This document shows positions 37,673-47,003 of a DNA stretch of 54,785 nucleotides, piece after piece. Origin of the DNA: a virus (lineage: Duplodnaviria > Caudoviricetes); IMG/VR virus record IMGVR_UViG_3300044638_001221, positions 1-54,785 of that record; one strand, written 5' to 3'. A program made the translations under genes and the position numbers. Numbering within the stretch: the first letter of the stretch is position 1; every line of letters starts with the position of its first letter. Below the pieces are notes generated by a model. It did not search any database. It saw only the letters and a program-made list of their open reading frames with translations, and was not told where the DNA came from.

Positions 37673-37966
37673 GCGTTATATATTCTTTCCTACAGGTAGG
37701 AAAAACGCCCCTACGCCATCGACTTGCGCCACCAGTTCCCCCCACCCGCCCCCCACCGTCCCGCTATGTGTTAGGAGTCCCGTGGCTGCTATACACTGTA
37801 TTACAGTCAAACGATGTCCAGTTAATTTCAAATCGACCCCCCACCCCCCTTCTTTTTCCGGCAAGATTACATTTATTTTTACTTACAGGAAACCCCCCCA
37901 CGTTCCGGAACGTACCCCCTTCAATATTTTTTAACTGGTTCTATTATTTTTTGGTATAGTACGCCC

Positions 37967-38617
37967 ATGTTTAATTGCGTCCCAGAGTTATCCCACCCTC
38001 TGCCAGAAGCAGAGAAAGACGTGCTGAATCTGCACGAGAAGGTGGCTGCGCTTTTCAAAACTGTTGAGTTCTTGAAAGCATTTGGTGCAGATGACACCCC
38101 CAACGAAGAAGACAAGGTCAAAGCAAGGGCGGGTTTCTATACGTCGGTCACCGATGCAGAAGACCCATCGACGGCTCCAGCAAACATAGCTGTGATAAAC
38201 ACCCCCGGCTCGGTAATGCACTTGCGGCAAATCTTGAGTGAGTACGACCATGTGGTCGTCAGGTCTGCTGTACAGATTCGCACCTACGTCACCAACAAGC
38301 TAATTGAAGAATCCACCAACCCCGATGCCAAAATCAGGATGCGGTCTTTGGAGTTACTTGGTAAGATCGGTGATGTGGGCCTCTTCGTAGAGCGCAGCGA
38401 AATCACGGTCAAGCATAAAACGACCATTGAGTTGCAAGCGTCTATTAAAGAGCGGATTTCCAAGCTGCTGCAAGTTCGCAGTAAGGCCGAGGAGATTCAA
38501 GATGTGCCAGTCAAGGCGGTAAGTCTGCGCGAAGCGGCAGACGATATGTTGGATGAAACCCCTGTAACCCTAGTCGTGGACAACACCCGAACCGATGAAC
38601 GAGACAGCAGAGCTTGA
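37967..38617 (+). CDS. Terminase small subunit (putative)
   Basis: Directly upstream of TerL; R..VTNKL.EE...R.RSLELLGK..DVGLF. Confidence 0.55.
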   Translation: MFNCVPELSHPLPEAEKDVLNLHEKVAALFKTVEFLKAFGADDTPNEEDKVKARAGFYTSVTDAEDPSTAPANIAVINTPGSVMHLRQILSEYDHVVVRSAVQIRTYVTNKLIEESTNPDAKIRMRSLELLGKIGDVGLFVERSEITVKHKTTIELQASIKERISKLLQVRSKAEEIQDVPVKAVSLREAADDMLDETPVTLVVDNTRTDERDSRA

Positions 38618-40133
38618 ACTCGCCAGTTTGCTGAACCAAGACCTGTCTTTGCTCAGTGAGGAAGAGTTGTTGGCTTTGGAAGAAGAAGTCGTGGAAGTCG
38701 AACGTCGCGAAGTGGCGCGGGCATCGCGTGACTCTCTGCTGGAGTTCTGTGTGCGTATGAATCCTGACTACAAAGTCGGGGCACACCACAGGAAGTTGGC
38801 GGGCTTGCTAGAAGATATGGCGTTTGGGCGCAAAGACCGTGTGGCTGTGTCTGTTCCACCGCGTCACGGTAAGTCATTTTTGGTTTCTGTGTATTTTCCA
38901 GCATGGTTTTTAGGCAATTTCCCTGATAAAAAAGTACTTATGGTGTCCCACACCTCTGACTTGGCTGTGGACTTCGGTCGAAAAGTGCGGAATTTGGTCG
39001 ATCAAGCAGCATATAAAGAGATTTTCCCAACTGTAACACTAGCAATCGACTCAAAAAGCGCAGGACGGTGGAATACTAACTCAGGTGGAGAGTACTTTGC
39101 AACAGGTGTGGGTTCCGCATTGGCTGGTAGAGGTGCGGATTTGCTGCTGGTTGACGACCCACACAACGAACAAGACATCATTAACGGTAACTACGAGGTA
39201 TTCCACAAGGCGTATGAGTGGTTTACCTTTGGTGCGCGTACCCGCTTGATGCCCGGAGGGCGTGTTGCGATCGTGCATACCCGTTGGCACCCCAGTGACT
39301 TGATTGGGAACATGGCGAAAGACATGGCACGCAACGGCGAGGCCGACCAGTACGAGTTTTTTGAGTTCCCAGCGATATTTAACGAGAACACCCCTGACGA
39401 GCAGGCGTTGTGGCCGGAGTTTTACGACTTAAAGGCGCTGCACCGCACTCGTGCGTCTATGCCCGCGTACCAATGGAACGCGCAGTACCAGCAAAACCCC
39501 ACATCCGAAGAAGGTGCGATTATTAAACGTGAATGGTGGAAGCTATGGGAGCGCGAAGACCCCCCAGAGTGCGAATACATCATCATGACGCTTGACGCGG
39601 CGGCGGAAAAGAACAACCGTGCCGACTTTTCGGCTCTTTTGACGTGGGGTGTGTTTGAAGATGACGAGTTGACCCAAGGTGCGGCCCACTTGATACTGCT
39701 CAATGCGATCAACGTGCGGGTGGAGTTCCCCGAGTTGAAAGACCTGTGCATGCGCGAGTACAAGGAGTGGGAGCCTGACTCGTTTGTCGTTGAGAAGAAG
39801 TCCAACGGTACACCGCTGTTCCAAGAATTTAGGCGAATGGGCATTCCCGTGGCAGAATTCACCCCACACAGGGGCACAGGTGATAAAGTAGCACGCTTGA
39901 ACGCTGTTGCTGATGTGTTCAGATCAGGCATGGTCTGGTATCCTGCGGGTAGACGCTGGGCGGAAGCTGTGGTAGAACAAGTAGCCGCATTCCCAGCCTC
40001 TGAAAATGATGACATGGTTGACTGCACATCAATGGCGTTGCAACGCTATCGCAACGGCGGGTTTATCCGGCTTGACAGTGACTATGACGACAAAAATTAT
40101 TTGTCGCGTCCGCGTAAAGCGGCGTACTACTAA
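38595..40133 (+). CDS. terL: Terminase large subunit
   Basis: Walker A PPRHGKS, LLVDDP, TRWH..DL, QYQQNP, nuclease DDMVD. Confidence 0.93.
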   Translation: MNETAELELASLLNQDLSLLSEEELLALEEEVVEVERREVARASRDSLLEFCVRMNPDYKVGAHHRKLAGLLEDMAFGRKDRVAVSVPPRHGKSFLVSVYFPAWFLGNFPDKKVLMVSHTSDLAVDFGRKVRNLVDQAAYKEIFPTVTLAIDSKSAGRWNTNSGGEYFATGVGSALAGRGADLLLVDDPHNEQDIINGNYEVFHKAYEWFTFGARTRLMPGGRVAIVHTRWHPSDLIGNMAKDMARNGEADQYEFFEFPAIFNENTPDEQALWPEFYDLKALHRTRASMPAYQWNAQYQQNPTSEEGAIIKREWWKLWEREDPPECEYIIMTLDAAAEKNNRADFSALLTWGVFEDDELTQGAAHLILLNAINVRVEFPELKDLCMREYKEWEPDSFVVEKKSNGTPLFQEFRRMGIPVAEFTPHRGTGDKVARLNAVADVFRSGMVWYPAGRRWAEAVVEQVAAFPASENDDMVDCTSMALQRYRNGGFIRLDSDYDDKNYLSRPRKAAYY

Positions 40134-40141
40134 GGAAGAAT

Positions 40142-42625
40142 ATGGCGATTGACAAAGCAATTTATAGCGCACCTATGGGTCTGCAAGATACGTCGGGGCC
40201 AGCCCTCGACATCGAAATTGACAACCCAGACATGGTGACTCTTGATGATGGCAGCGTTGAAATCACCATCATGCCCGGTGAAGAGAAGGGCGAAGACGGA
40301 ACCGCCTTCAACGACAACTTAGCTGACCACATGGACGAGGGTGCGTTGAACGAGTTGTCAGGTGACTTGGTAGAAGAGTACGACAACGACATCAGCAGCC
40401 GCAAAGAGTGGGAGAAAACCTACACAGAAGGTTTAAAACTTCTGGGCTTGCAGTACGAAGAGCGCACAGAGCCGTGGAGCGGTGCATGCGGGGTGTTCCA
40501 CCCCATGTTGACTGAGGCAGTGGTTCGCTTCCAGAGCGAAACCATCATGGAAACCTTCCCAGCGATGGGGCCCGTCAAGACGCTAATCATCGGCAAAGAC
40601 ACCCGCGAGAAAGAAGAAGCTGCCAAGCGCGTGCAAGATGACATGAACTATCAGTTGACTGAAGTCATGGTTGAGTACCGTCCCGAACACGAGAAGATGC
40701 TGTGGAACTTGCCCATCTCGGGTTCAGCATTCAAGAAGGTGTATTACGACCCTGCACTGGGTCGTCAGGTGTCGATGTTTATCCCCGCAGAAGATGTGAT
40801 TCTGCCGTACGGCACATCAGAGATGACACTCGCACCCCGCGTGACACACCGCATGCGCAAGAGCGAGAACGAGATTAAGCGTCTTATCAGCGCAGGGTTT
40901 TACCGCGACATTGAGTTGGGCGAACCAAGCAAAACAGTTGATGAGATTCAGAAAGCCAAAGACAAAGAGACTGGGTTTAGCGCGTCATACGACGACCGCT
41001 TCCAGTTGCTTGAGATGCACGTCGAGCGTGACTTACCCGGCTTTGAAGACAAAGACGAAGATGGTGAAGAGACAGGCCTTGCCCTGCCGTACGTCATCAC
41101 GATGGTCAAAGACACCAAAGAAATCTTGTCCATCCGTCGCAACTGGAAAGAGAACGACGAGCTACACAAAGCACGCCAGCACTTCGTGCATTACCAATAC
41201 ATCCCCGGCTTCGGTGCGTATGGCTTTGGTCTGATTCACTTGATTGGTGGCGCTGCCAAGAGCGCGACATCTCTCACACGCCAGTTGGTTGATGCGGGCA
41301 CGCTGTCTAATTTGCCCGGTGGTCTGAAGACCCGTGGTCTGCGTATTAAAGGAGACGACACTCCCATCGCACCGGGCGAGTACCGTGATGTGGACATCAC
41401 ATCGGGCACACTCAAAGACAACATCGTCAACCTGCCATACAAAGAGCCAAGCCAGACCCTGTTGGCGTTGATGAATCAGATCGTTGATGACGCACGCAGA
41501 TTTGCTGCGGTGGCTGATATGAAGGTCAGTGACATGAGCGCGAATGCGCCCGTGGGCACTACGTTGGCTATCCTTGAGCGCATGCTCAAAGTGATGTCTG
41601 CTGTACAAGCTCGACTGCACTACAGCTTGAAGCAAGAGTTGAAACTCTTGGCTGGCATCATCCGCGACTACACAGACCCAGACTATTCATACGATGCTGA
41701 TGGCCCACGCGGCGCACAAGCTAAAGAGTCTGACTACCACAAGGTAGAAGTTATCCCTGTGAGCGACCCCAACGCGGCGACCATGAGTCAGCGTGTTGTG
41801 CAGTACCAAGCCGTCATGCAGATGGCGCAGCAGTCACCACAGATTTACGACTTGCCACAGTTACATCGTCAGATGCTGAATGTGTTGGGTGTCAAGCATG
41901 CCGAGAAACTTGTGCCGTTGGAAGACGACATGAAGGCTGTTGACCCAGTTACAGAAAACATGAATATCATCAAGGGCAAACCCGTCAAAGCGTTTATCAC
42001 CCAAGACCACAAGGCCCACATCGCTGTCCACATGGCTGCGATGCAAGACCCCAAGATTGCACAGGTGCTGGGGCAGAACCCGCAGGCCCAGATGTTGATG
42101 GCTGCTGCACACGCACACATCGCAGAACACCTTGGCTTCGAGTACCGCGCACAAGTCGAAGCGCAGTTGGGCGTGCCACTGCCTGCACCAGACCAACCGA
42201 TGGACCCGAAAGTGGAAGCACAACTTGCACCGTTGATTGCACAAGCCGCTCAACAGTTGTTGCAAAACAACCAGAAAGAGGCCGCTCAACAGCAAGCCCA
42301 GCAACAGCAACAAGACCCAGCCGTTCAAATGGACCAAGCCCGGTTGCAGTTGGAAGGCCGCAAGGTCGATATTTCCGAGAAGAAACTACAGATAGATGCG
42401 GCTGCGAAAACAGATCAACTCGACATCGAGCGCGAACGCATCGCTGCCCAAGAACGAATCGCTGGTATGCAAACTGGCGCAAAGGCCGAGAGCGACAAGA
42501 TGAATCTCTCAGCTAAACAACAAGCCGAAGGCTTGCGCATCGGTGCAGAGGTGGCTAGAAACCAAGCACAGATGAACCGTCAATCCGCCCAACAAAAGGC
42601 GCAACAACCGAAGGAACCTGATTGA
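40142..42625 (+). CDS. Portal protein (P22-like)
   Basis: 827 aa after TerL; HPMLTEAV.RFQ, GSAFKKVYYD, YGFGLIH, PVGTT; Q-rich coiled-coil tail. Confidence 0.85.
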   Translation: MAIDKAIYSAPMGLQDTSGPALDIEIDNPDMVTLDDGSVEITIMPGEEKGEDGTAFNDNLADHMDEGALNELSGDLVEEYDNDISSRKEWEKTYTEGLKLLGLQYEERTEPWSGACGVFHPMLTEAVVRFQSETIMETFPAMGPVKTLIIGKDTREKEEAAKRVQDDMNYQLTEVMVEYRPEHEKMLWNLPISGSAFKKVYYDPALGRQVSMFIPAEDVILPYGTSEMTLAPRVTHRMRKSENEIKRLISAGFYRDIELGEPSKTVDEIQKAKDKETGFSASYDDRFQLLEMHVERDLPGFEDKDEDGEETGLALPYVITMVKDTKEILSIRRNWKENDELHKARQHFVHYQYIPGFGAYGFGLIHLIGGAAKSATSLTRQLVDAGTLSNLPGGLKTRGLRIKGDDTPIAPGEYRDVDITSGTLKDNIVNLPYKEPSQTLLALMNQIVDDARRFAAVADMKVSDMSANAPVGTTLAILERMLKVMSAVQARLHYSLKQELKLLAGIIRDYTDPDYSYDADGPRGAQAKESDYHKVEVIPVSDPNAATMSQRVVQYQAVMQMAQQSPQIYDLPQLHRQMLNVLGVKHAEKLVPLEDDMKAVDPVTENMNIIKGKPVKAFITQDHKAHIAVHMAAMQDPKIAQVLGQNPQAQMLMAAAHAHIAEHLGFEYRAQVEAQLGVPLPAPDQPMDPKVEAQLAPLIAQAAQQLLQNNQKEAAQQQAQQQQQDPAVQMDQARLQLEGRKVDISEKKLQIDAAAKTDQLDIERERIAAQERIAGMQTGAKAESDKMNLSAKQQAEGLRIGAEVARNQAQMNRQSAQQKAQQPKEPD

Positions 42626-42813
42626 TAAAAGAACTTGAAATACTGCGAAAGAAATTTCGCGAACGCATGAACCAACTAGCCGATACCGTGGCTACAGGTA
42701 AGTGCGCCGATTTTGGTGAATACCAAAAGCTTTGCGGGGTGATCGAGGGACTGGCCTACGCAGAGAGGGATTTAATCGACCTCGCGGAAACGATGGAGAA
42801 AAACGATGAGTGA
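42622..42813 (+). CDS. Small conserved head-module protein
   Basis: DF.EY...CG.I.GL. Confidence 0.65.
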   Translation: MIKELEILRKKFRERMNQLADTVATGKCADFGEYQKLCGVIEGLAYAERDLIDLAETMEKNDE

Positions 42814-43237
42814 ACTCACGCTAGAACCCGGCATGTACGCCATACCTGTTGTGCCAGCAATTTCTGAAAAAGAAGTTGAAGACATTCCAATTGAAGACAG
42901 AGCCAAGCAGTTGCCAACCCCACAAGGTTGGATGTTGTTAGCGGCAGTAATTGATGTACCAGAGACGTTTGAAGGCTCAAGCATCATTCGCGCTGAAGCC
43001 ACCCGTAAGGTAGACGAGATGACCTCGCCAGTCTTATATGTGATATGCCTCGGCCCCGAATGCTACAAAGATGAAACTAAATTCCCCAGTGGACCCCGCT
43101 GTAAGGCAGGTGATTTCATCTTGACGCGCCCGTACGCGGGAACACGCGTAAAAATCCACGGCAAAGAATTCCGCTTGCTCAACGATGACCAAGTAGAAGC
43201 AACCGTGCAAGACCCCCGTGGCATAAGCCGCGCCTAA
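42806..43237 (+). CDS. GroES-like co-chaperonin
   Basis: LPTPQGW.LL, GPECY.D..KFP.GP.CK.GD, YAGTR..IHGKEFRLLNDD.V. Confidence 0.8.
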   Translation: MSELTLEPGMYAIPVVPAISEKEVEDIPIEDRAKQLPTPQGWMLLAAVIDVPETFEGSSIIRAEATRKVDEMTSPVLYVICLGPECYKDETKFPSGPRCKAGDFILTRPYAGTRVKIHGKEFRLLNDDQVEATVQDPRGISRA

Positions 43238-43247
43238 GGAGATAAAC

Positions 43248-44279
43248 ATGTCAAAATTTAAAGGTGACACGTTCAGATTCCCTGACGAAGTACAGGTCAA
43301 CGTCAAAAACGAAGACAGCGAAACGAAGGTTGAATTTGAAATTGAGGGCCAAGAACCCGAAAAAGTGAGTAAAAAGGTTGAAAAGCAAGAACCTGAGATT
43401 GAAATTGTTGACGATACCCCGCCCACAGAGACGCAATACGACACCAAAAACAAGCATGTAGAAGACCCTACAGAAGAGGAATTGGACACGTATTCGTCAA
43501 ATGTACGCAAGCGTATTGAGAAATTGACCTATGCACGCCGTGACGAAGAGCGTGCAAAACAGGTGGCGCTAAACGAAAAGCAAGAGCTTGAGAAGTTAGC
43601 GCAGTCGTTTGTCGAGGAAAACCGCCGCTTGCAGGAATATGTGCAAAGTGGTGAGCAGGCGTATATGGAAAAGGTCCAAACGCTGGCAAAGATAGAACTC
43701 GACAATGCCAAGTCCAAACTCAAGCAGGCGTACGATGCAGGGGATTCTGAGGCTCTTGCTTCTGCACAGGAAGAAATGATGCTTGCAGGCATGAAAGTGC
43801 AGCAAACACAAAATTTCAGGCCTACCCCTTTACAACAGCAAAATGATGTTGTACAGTCCGCTCAAACAGCCCCCGCTCCTGCGGCACCCAAGCTGGACCC
43901 GAAGACATCCGCATGGATAGAACGGAACTCTTGGTTCGGTGACGGTAAGGAAAAAGCCATGTCGGCTTATGCGATGGGACTGCATCAAGAATTAGTAGAC
44001 AAATACGGGGAAGACTTCGCCCGCACCGACGAGTACTTTACTCAAATCGACGACACCATGCGTCGCACATTCCCCAACAAGTTCAAGTCTGATTCAGACG
44101 ACGAACCAAATGTTCGGGACACCCCCAGAAATAAACCCGCAACAGTTGTTGCGCCTGCAAATCGTGTAACGTCTGCGAAGAAAATTCGCTTGACTCAAAC
44201 GCAAGTATCACTCGCCAAACGACTAGGTGTACCCTTAGAAGTTTACGCAAAACATGTAGCTGCAATGGAGAATAAATAA
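43248..44279 (+). CDS. Capsid scaffolding protein (putative)
   Basis: Acidic coiled-coil, W..RNSWFG, C-terminal LTQTQV.LAKRLGVPLE.YAK. Confidence 0.7.
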   Translation: MSKFKGDTFRFPDEVQVNVKNEDSETKVEFEIEGQEPEKVSKKVEKQEPEIEIVDDTPPTETQYDTKNKHVEDPTEEELDTYSSNVRKRIEKLTYARRDEERAKQVALNEKQELEKLAQSFVEENRRLQEYVQSGEQAYMEKVQTLAKIELDNAKSKLKQAYDAGDSEALASAQEEMMLAGMKVQQTQNFRPTPLQQQNDVVQSAQTAPAPAAPKLDPKTSAWIERNSWFGDGKEKAMSAYAMGLHQELVDKYGEDFARTDEYFTQIDDTMRRTFPNKFKSDSDDEPNVRDTPRNKPATVVAPANRVTSAKKIRLTQTQVSLAKRLGVPLEVYAKHVAAMENK

Positions 44280-44728
44280 TGGCTGAAATTGACCGCACCG
44301 CACGTAGTAAAACAACCCGCGACTCTATCAAGCGCGTCGGGTGGCGTCCTGCTTCCGTTTTACCAGACCCAGACCCACGTCCGGGAATTGCTCACCGTTG
44401 GATTGCAACATCTGTTTTGGGTGAATCTATGCATACTAACGTGTCGAAAAAACGACGCGAAGGTTGGGAACCCGTCAGAGCCGAGGATTATCCTGAATTA
44501 GAAATTCCGGGCAATCCCGCTGGCAATGTGGAAGTCGGGGGCTTGATGTTATGCGCGTGCCCACTTGAGATTGTGCAAGAACGTAACGCTTATTTTGCGC
44601 TGCAAGCACAAGCTCAAACTGACTCTGTAGATTCGAAATTCATGGGTCTTAGCGACCCGCGTATGCCGACTTTTACCGAGAAAAAATCAAATGTGTCTCG
44701 CGGCACAGCTTTTGGTTCTGGTTCTTAA
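44279..44728 (+). CDS. Head-module hypothetical protein
   Basis: RWI..REGWEPV..VGGLML. Confidence 0.65.
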   Translation: MAEIDRTARSKTTRDSIKRVGWRPASVLPDPDPRPGIAHRWIATSVLGESMHTNVSKKRREGWEPVRAEDYPELEIPGNPAGNVEVGGLMLCACPLEIVQERNAYFALQAQAQTDSVDSKFMGLSDPRMPTFTEKKSNVSRGTAFGSGS

Positions 44729-44747
44729 TCTTTTTTTGGAGTCTTAA

Positions 44748-45344
44748 ATGGCATTTCCTACCGTTTCGGCACCTTACGGCCTAGAAGCCATCAACTCGCT
44801 TGATGGTAAACCCTATGCTGGTGCATTCCGCCAAATTCCAGTTGCTACTGGTTTCGGCACCGCTATTTTTAATGGCGATACCGTACAAATCAATAGCGAT
44901 GGTTATTTGATTAAATCAACTACCACAAACTCTGGCACTATTGTCGGCGTTGCTATGGGTGGTCAGTACGTTAATTCGTCTGGTCAAACCGTGCAAGGTC
45001 AATATATTCCAGCGTTGGCTTCCACATCTACTAACCCAGCTTACGCTTACGTTGTAGACGACCAACAAGCTCTGTTCAAAGTGGCCGTTGTTACCTCTGG
45101 TACAACTATGGGCACCGCGAGCCGCGCTGATGTCGGTTCTAACGTCGCTTTGGTGTTGAATGCAGGTAACACTAGTACTGGCAACTCAGCTTTTGCTGTG
45201 ACATTGACTGGTGCTGGCACTACTGCAACCATCCCAATTCGTGTTATCGACGTTGTCGAACAAACTGCATCTGCGGCTGGTGTTTACACCGAGTTGTTGG
45301 TGAAGATTAACACTCACCAATATAACAACACCACTGGTGTATAA
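44748..45344 (+). CDS. Minor capsid/decoration protein
   Basis: APYGL, IFNGD.V, VVDD; immediately before the MCP. Confidence 0.6.
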   Translation: MAFPTVSAPYGLEAINSLDGKPYAGAFRQIPVATGFGTAIFNGDTVQINSDGYLIKSTTTNSGTIVGVAMGGQYVNSSGQTVQGQYIPALASTSTNPAYAYVVDDQQALFKVAVVTSGTTMGTASRADVGSNVALVLNAGNTSTGNSAFAVTLTGAGTTATIPIRVIDVVEQTASAAGVYTELLVKINTHQYNNTTGV

Positions 45345-45355
45345 GGAGCTAAATC

Positions 45356-46264
45356 ATGGCTATTTCACGCGCACAACTACTTAAAGAACTTCTCCCCGGT
45401 CTGAACGCTTTGTTCGGTATGGAGTACGCCCGTTACGGCGAAGAGCATAAAGAAATCTTCGAAACCGAAGCTTCTGAGCGTTCTTTTGAAGAAGAGACAA
45501 AGTTGTCTGGTTTCTCTGCTGCACCTGTCAAAAACGAGGGCTCTGCTCTTTCATATGACAATGCGCAAGAAGCATGGACTGCTCGCTACAACCACGAGAC
45601 TATCGCTCAAGGCTTCTCCATCACTGAAGAAGCAATGGAAGATAACTTGTACGACAGCTTGTCTAACCGTTACACCAAGGCTCTTGCCCGTGCAATGTCT
45701 TACACCAAGCAAGTTAAGGCAGCATCTGTTTTGAACAACGGCTTCTCCTCTAGCTACGCTGGTGGCGACGGTGTTGCTCTGTTCTCTACAGCACACCCCT
45801 TGGTTTCTGGTGGCGTTAACAGCAACACTCCTACTACCCAAACCGATTTGAACGAGACTTCCTTGGAAGCCGCCGTTATCCAGATCGCTGCTTGGACGGA
45901 CGAGCGTGGCCTGTTGATCGCTGCTAAACCACGTAAGTTGGTTGTTCCTCCTGCGTTGATGTTCGTTGCTACCCGCCTGTTGGAGACAAACCTCCGCGTT
46001 GGCACTACCGACAACGATATCAACGCATTGAAGAACAATGGTTCGATTCCAGAAGGTTATTGCGTTAACCACTTCTTGACCGACACCAACGCTTGGTTCT
46101 TGTTGACTGACGTACCTAACGGCTTGAAGCATTTCGAGCGTGTTCCTTTGGCAACCTCGATGGACGGTGACTTTGATACCGGCAACGTGCGTTACAAGGC
46201 TCGCGAGCGTTATTCGTTCGGCTTTTCTGACCCATTGGGCGCTTTTGCCTCATCGGGTTCTTGA
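45356..46264 (+). CDS. Major capsid protein (HK97 fold)
   Basis: MAISRAQLLKELLPGLNALFG, KARERYSFG; TAAGGAG SD; strong codon bias; followed by a terminator. Confidence 0.88.
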   Translation: MAISRAQLLKELLPGLNALFGMEYARYGEEHKEIFETEASERSFEEETKLSGFSAAPVKNEGSALSYDNAQEAWTARYNHETIAQGFSITEEAMEDNLYDSLSNRYTKALARAMSYTKQVKAASVLNNGFSSSYAGGDGVALFSTAHPLVSGGVNSNTPTTQTDLNETSLEAAVIQIAAWTDERGLLIAAKPRKLVVPPALMFVATRLLETNLRVGTTDNDINALKNNGSIPEGYCVNHFLTDTNAWFLLTDVPNGLKHFERVPLATSMDGDFDTGNVRYKARERYSFGFSDPLGAFASSGS

Positions 46265-46285
46265 TTGCCTTCGGGCTTATCAGAG

Positions 46286-46309
46286 AGGGCTCCTTCGGGG
46301 GCCCTTTTT
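46286..46309 (+). terminator. Rho-independent terminator after the MCP
   Basis: AGGGCTCC-TTCG-GGGGCCCT plus TTTT. Confidence 0.85.
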
Positions 46310-46314
46310 ATTTG

Positions 46315-46343
46315 TTGCACACGCTTAAATAAAGTGATATATT
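46315..46343 (+). promoter_or_regulatory. Sigma70-like promoter
   Basis: TTGCAC-17-TATATT with an extended TG. Confidence 0.6.
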
Positions 46344-46352
46344 GCAGCTAAT

Positions 46353-46421
46353 CCGGGTTTTCCGGTGTATCAAACAGTCCCGGCTGACTGGCATGCAAGA
46401 TTGATACACTTCAACGCATGT
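46353..46421 (+). ncRNA. Candidate double-pseudoknot 5' leader RNA
   Basis: Three interleaved stems (5, 10 and 6 bp) ending at the SD. Confidence 0.5.
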
Positions 46422-46435
46422 AAAGGAATTACATC

Positions 46436-46960
46436 ATGGGATTCGCAACTCACCTTGGCCCTTGGTTGCTTGGCACTGTCCGCAACACAACTGGCACGAC
46501 CGTTGGCACTATTGAAAACTGCGGCGCAACCGTTGTTTCTCAGACATTCAAAAAGAACTACGCAGGTCAAGCCGCTTCCGCGACTACCGACACCATTTGC
46601 GTGTTACCTGCTGGCGCTCAAATCGTTGACATTTTGATTGACACCACTGTTGCATTTACAGGCTCTACCGCAGCCAATGTAAGCCTTGGTGATGGCACTA
46701 CAGCCGCCTTGTACTGGGCTGCTACAGACGTGACCACTGCTGGTCGCGCAGCCGTTAGCAACGCAGCAGCTAAGTTGGGCGCATGGTGCGGTGCTGCATC
46801 TACAGCTTCCCCTAATGGTATTGGAATTGGCGCAACAGACGTAAAAATTGTTGCCACAATGACTCCAACCGTAGCCGCAGTGACCGCAGGTACTGTGCAG
46901 TACACCATCATGTACGTGGTTGCTAACTCTAACGGTTCGCAGTTCCCAGCATCTGCTTAA
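46436..46960 (+). CDS. Virion structural protein
   Basis: Beta-rich A/T/G; LPAGAQIVDI. Confidence 0.6.
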   Translation: MGFATHLGPWLLGTVRNTTGTTVGTIENCGATVVSQTFKKNYAGQAASATTDTICVLPAGAQIVDILIDTTVAFTGSTAANVSLGDGTTAALYWAATDVTTAGRAAVSNAAAKLGAWCGAASTASPNGIGIGATDVKIVATMTPTVAAVTAGTVQYTIMYVVANSNGSQFPASA

Positions 46961-47003
46961 TTGATCTTGGGGGCTTCGGCCCCCGCATTACAGGAGATTA
47001 ATT

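Larger units (their letters stand above)
31991..37702. repeat. Dispersed 16-bp palindrome TTCCTAC-N2-GTAGGAA, 8 copies
   Basis: Starts at 31991, 32783, 34238, 35307, 35869 (last base G), 36740, 37092 (first base A) and 37687. Confidence 0.95.

Noticed and set aside
31991-37702. Palindromic repeats as a CRISPR array or integron attC sites
   Set aside because: Repeats are only 16 bp with irregular spacing of 350-1450 bp; no cas1 or integron integrase; no RYYYAAC/GTTRRRY ends.
37647-37959. Pro-rich or Gly-rich ORFs at the divergence point
   Set aside because: Artefacts of the C-tracts.
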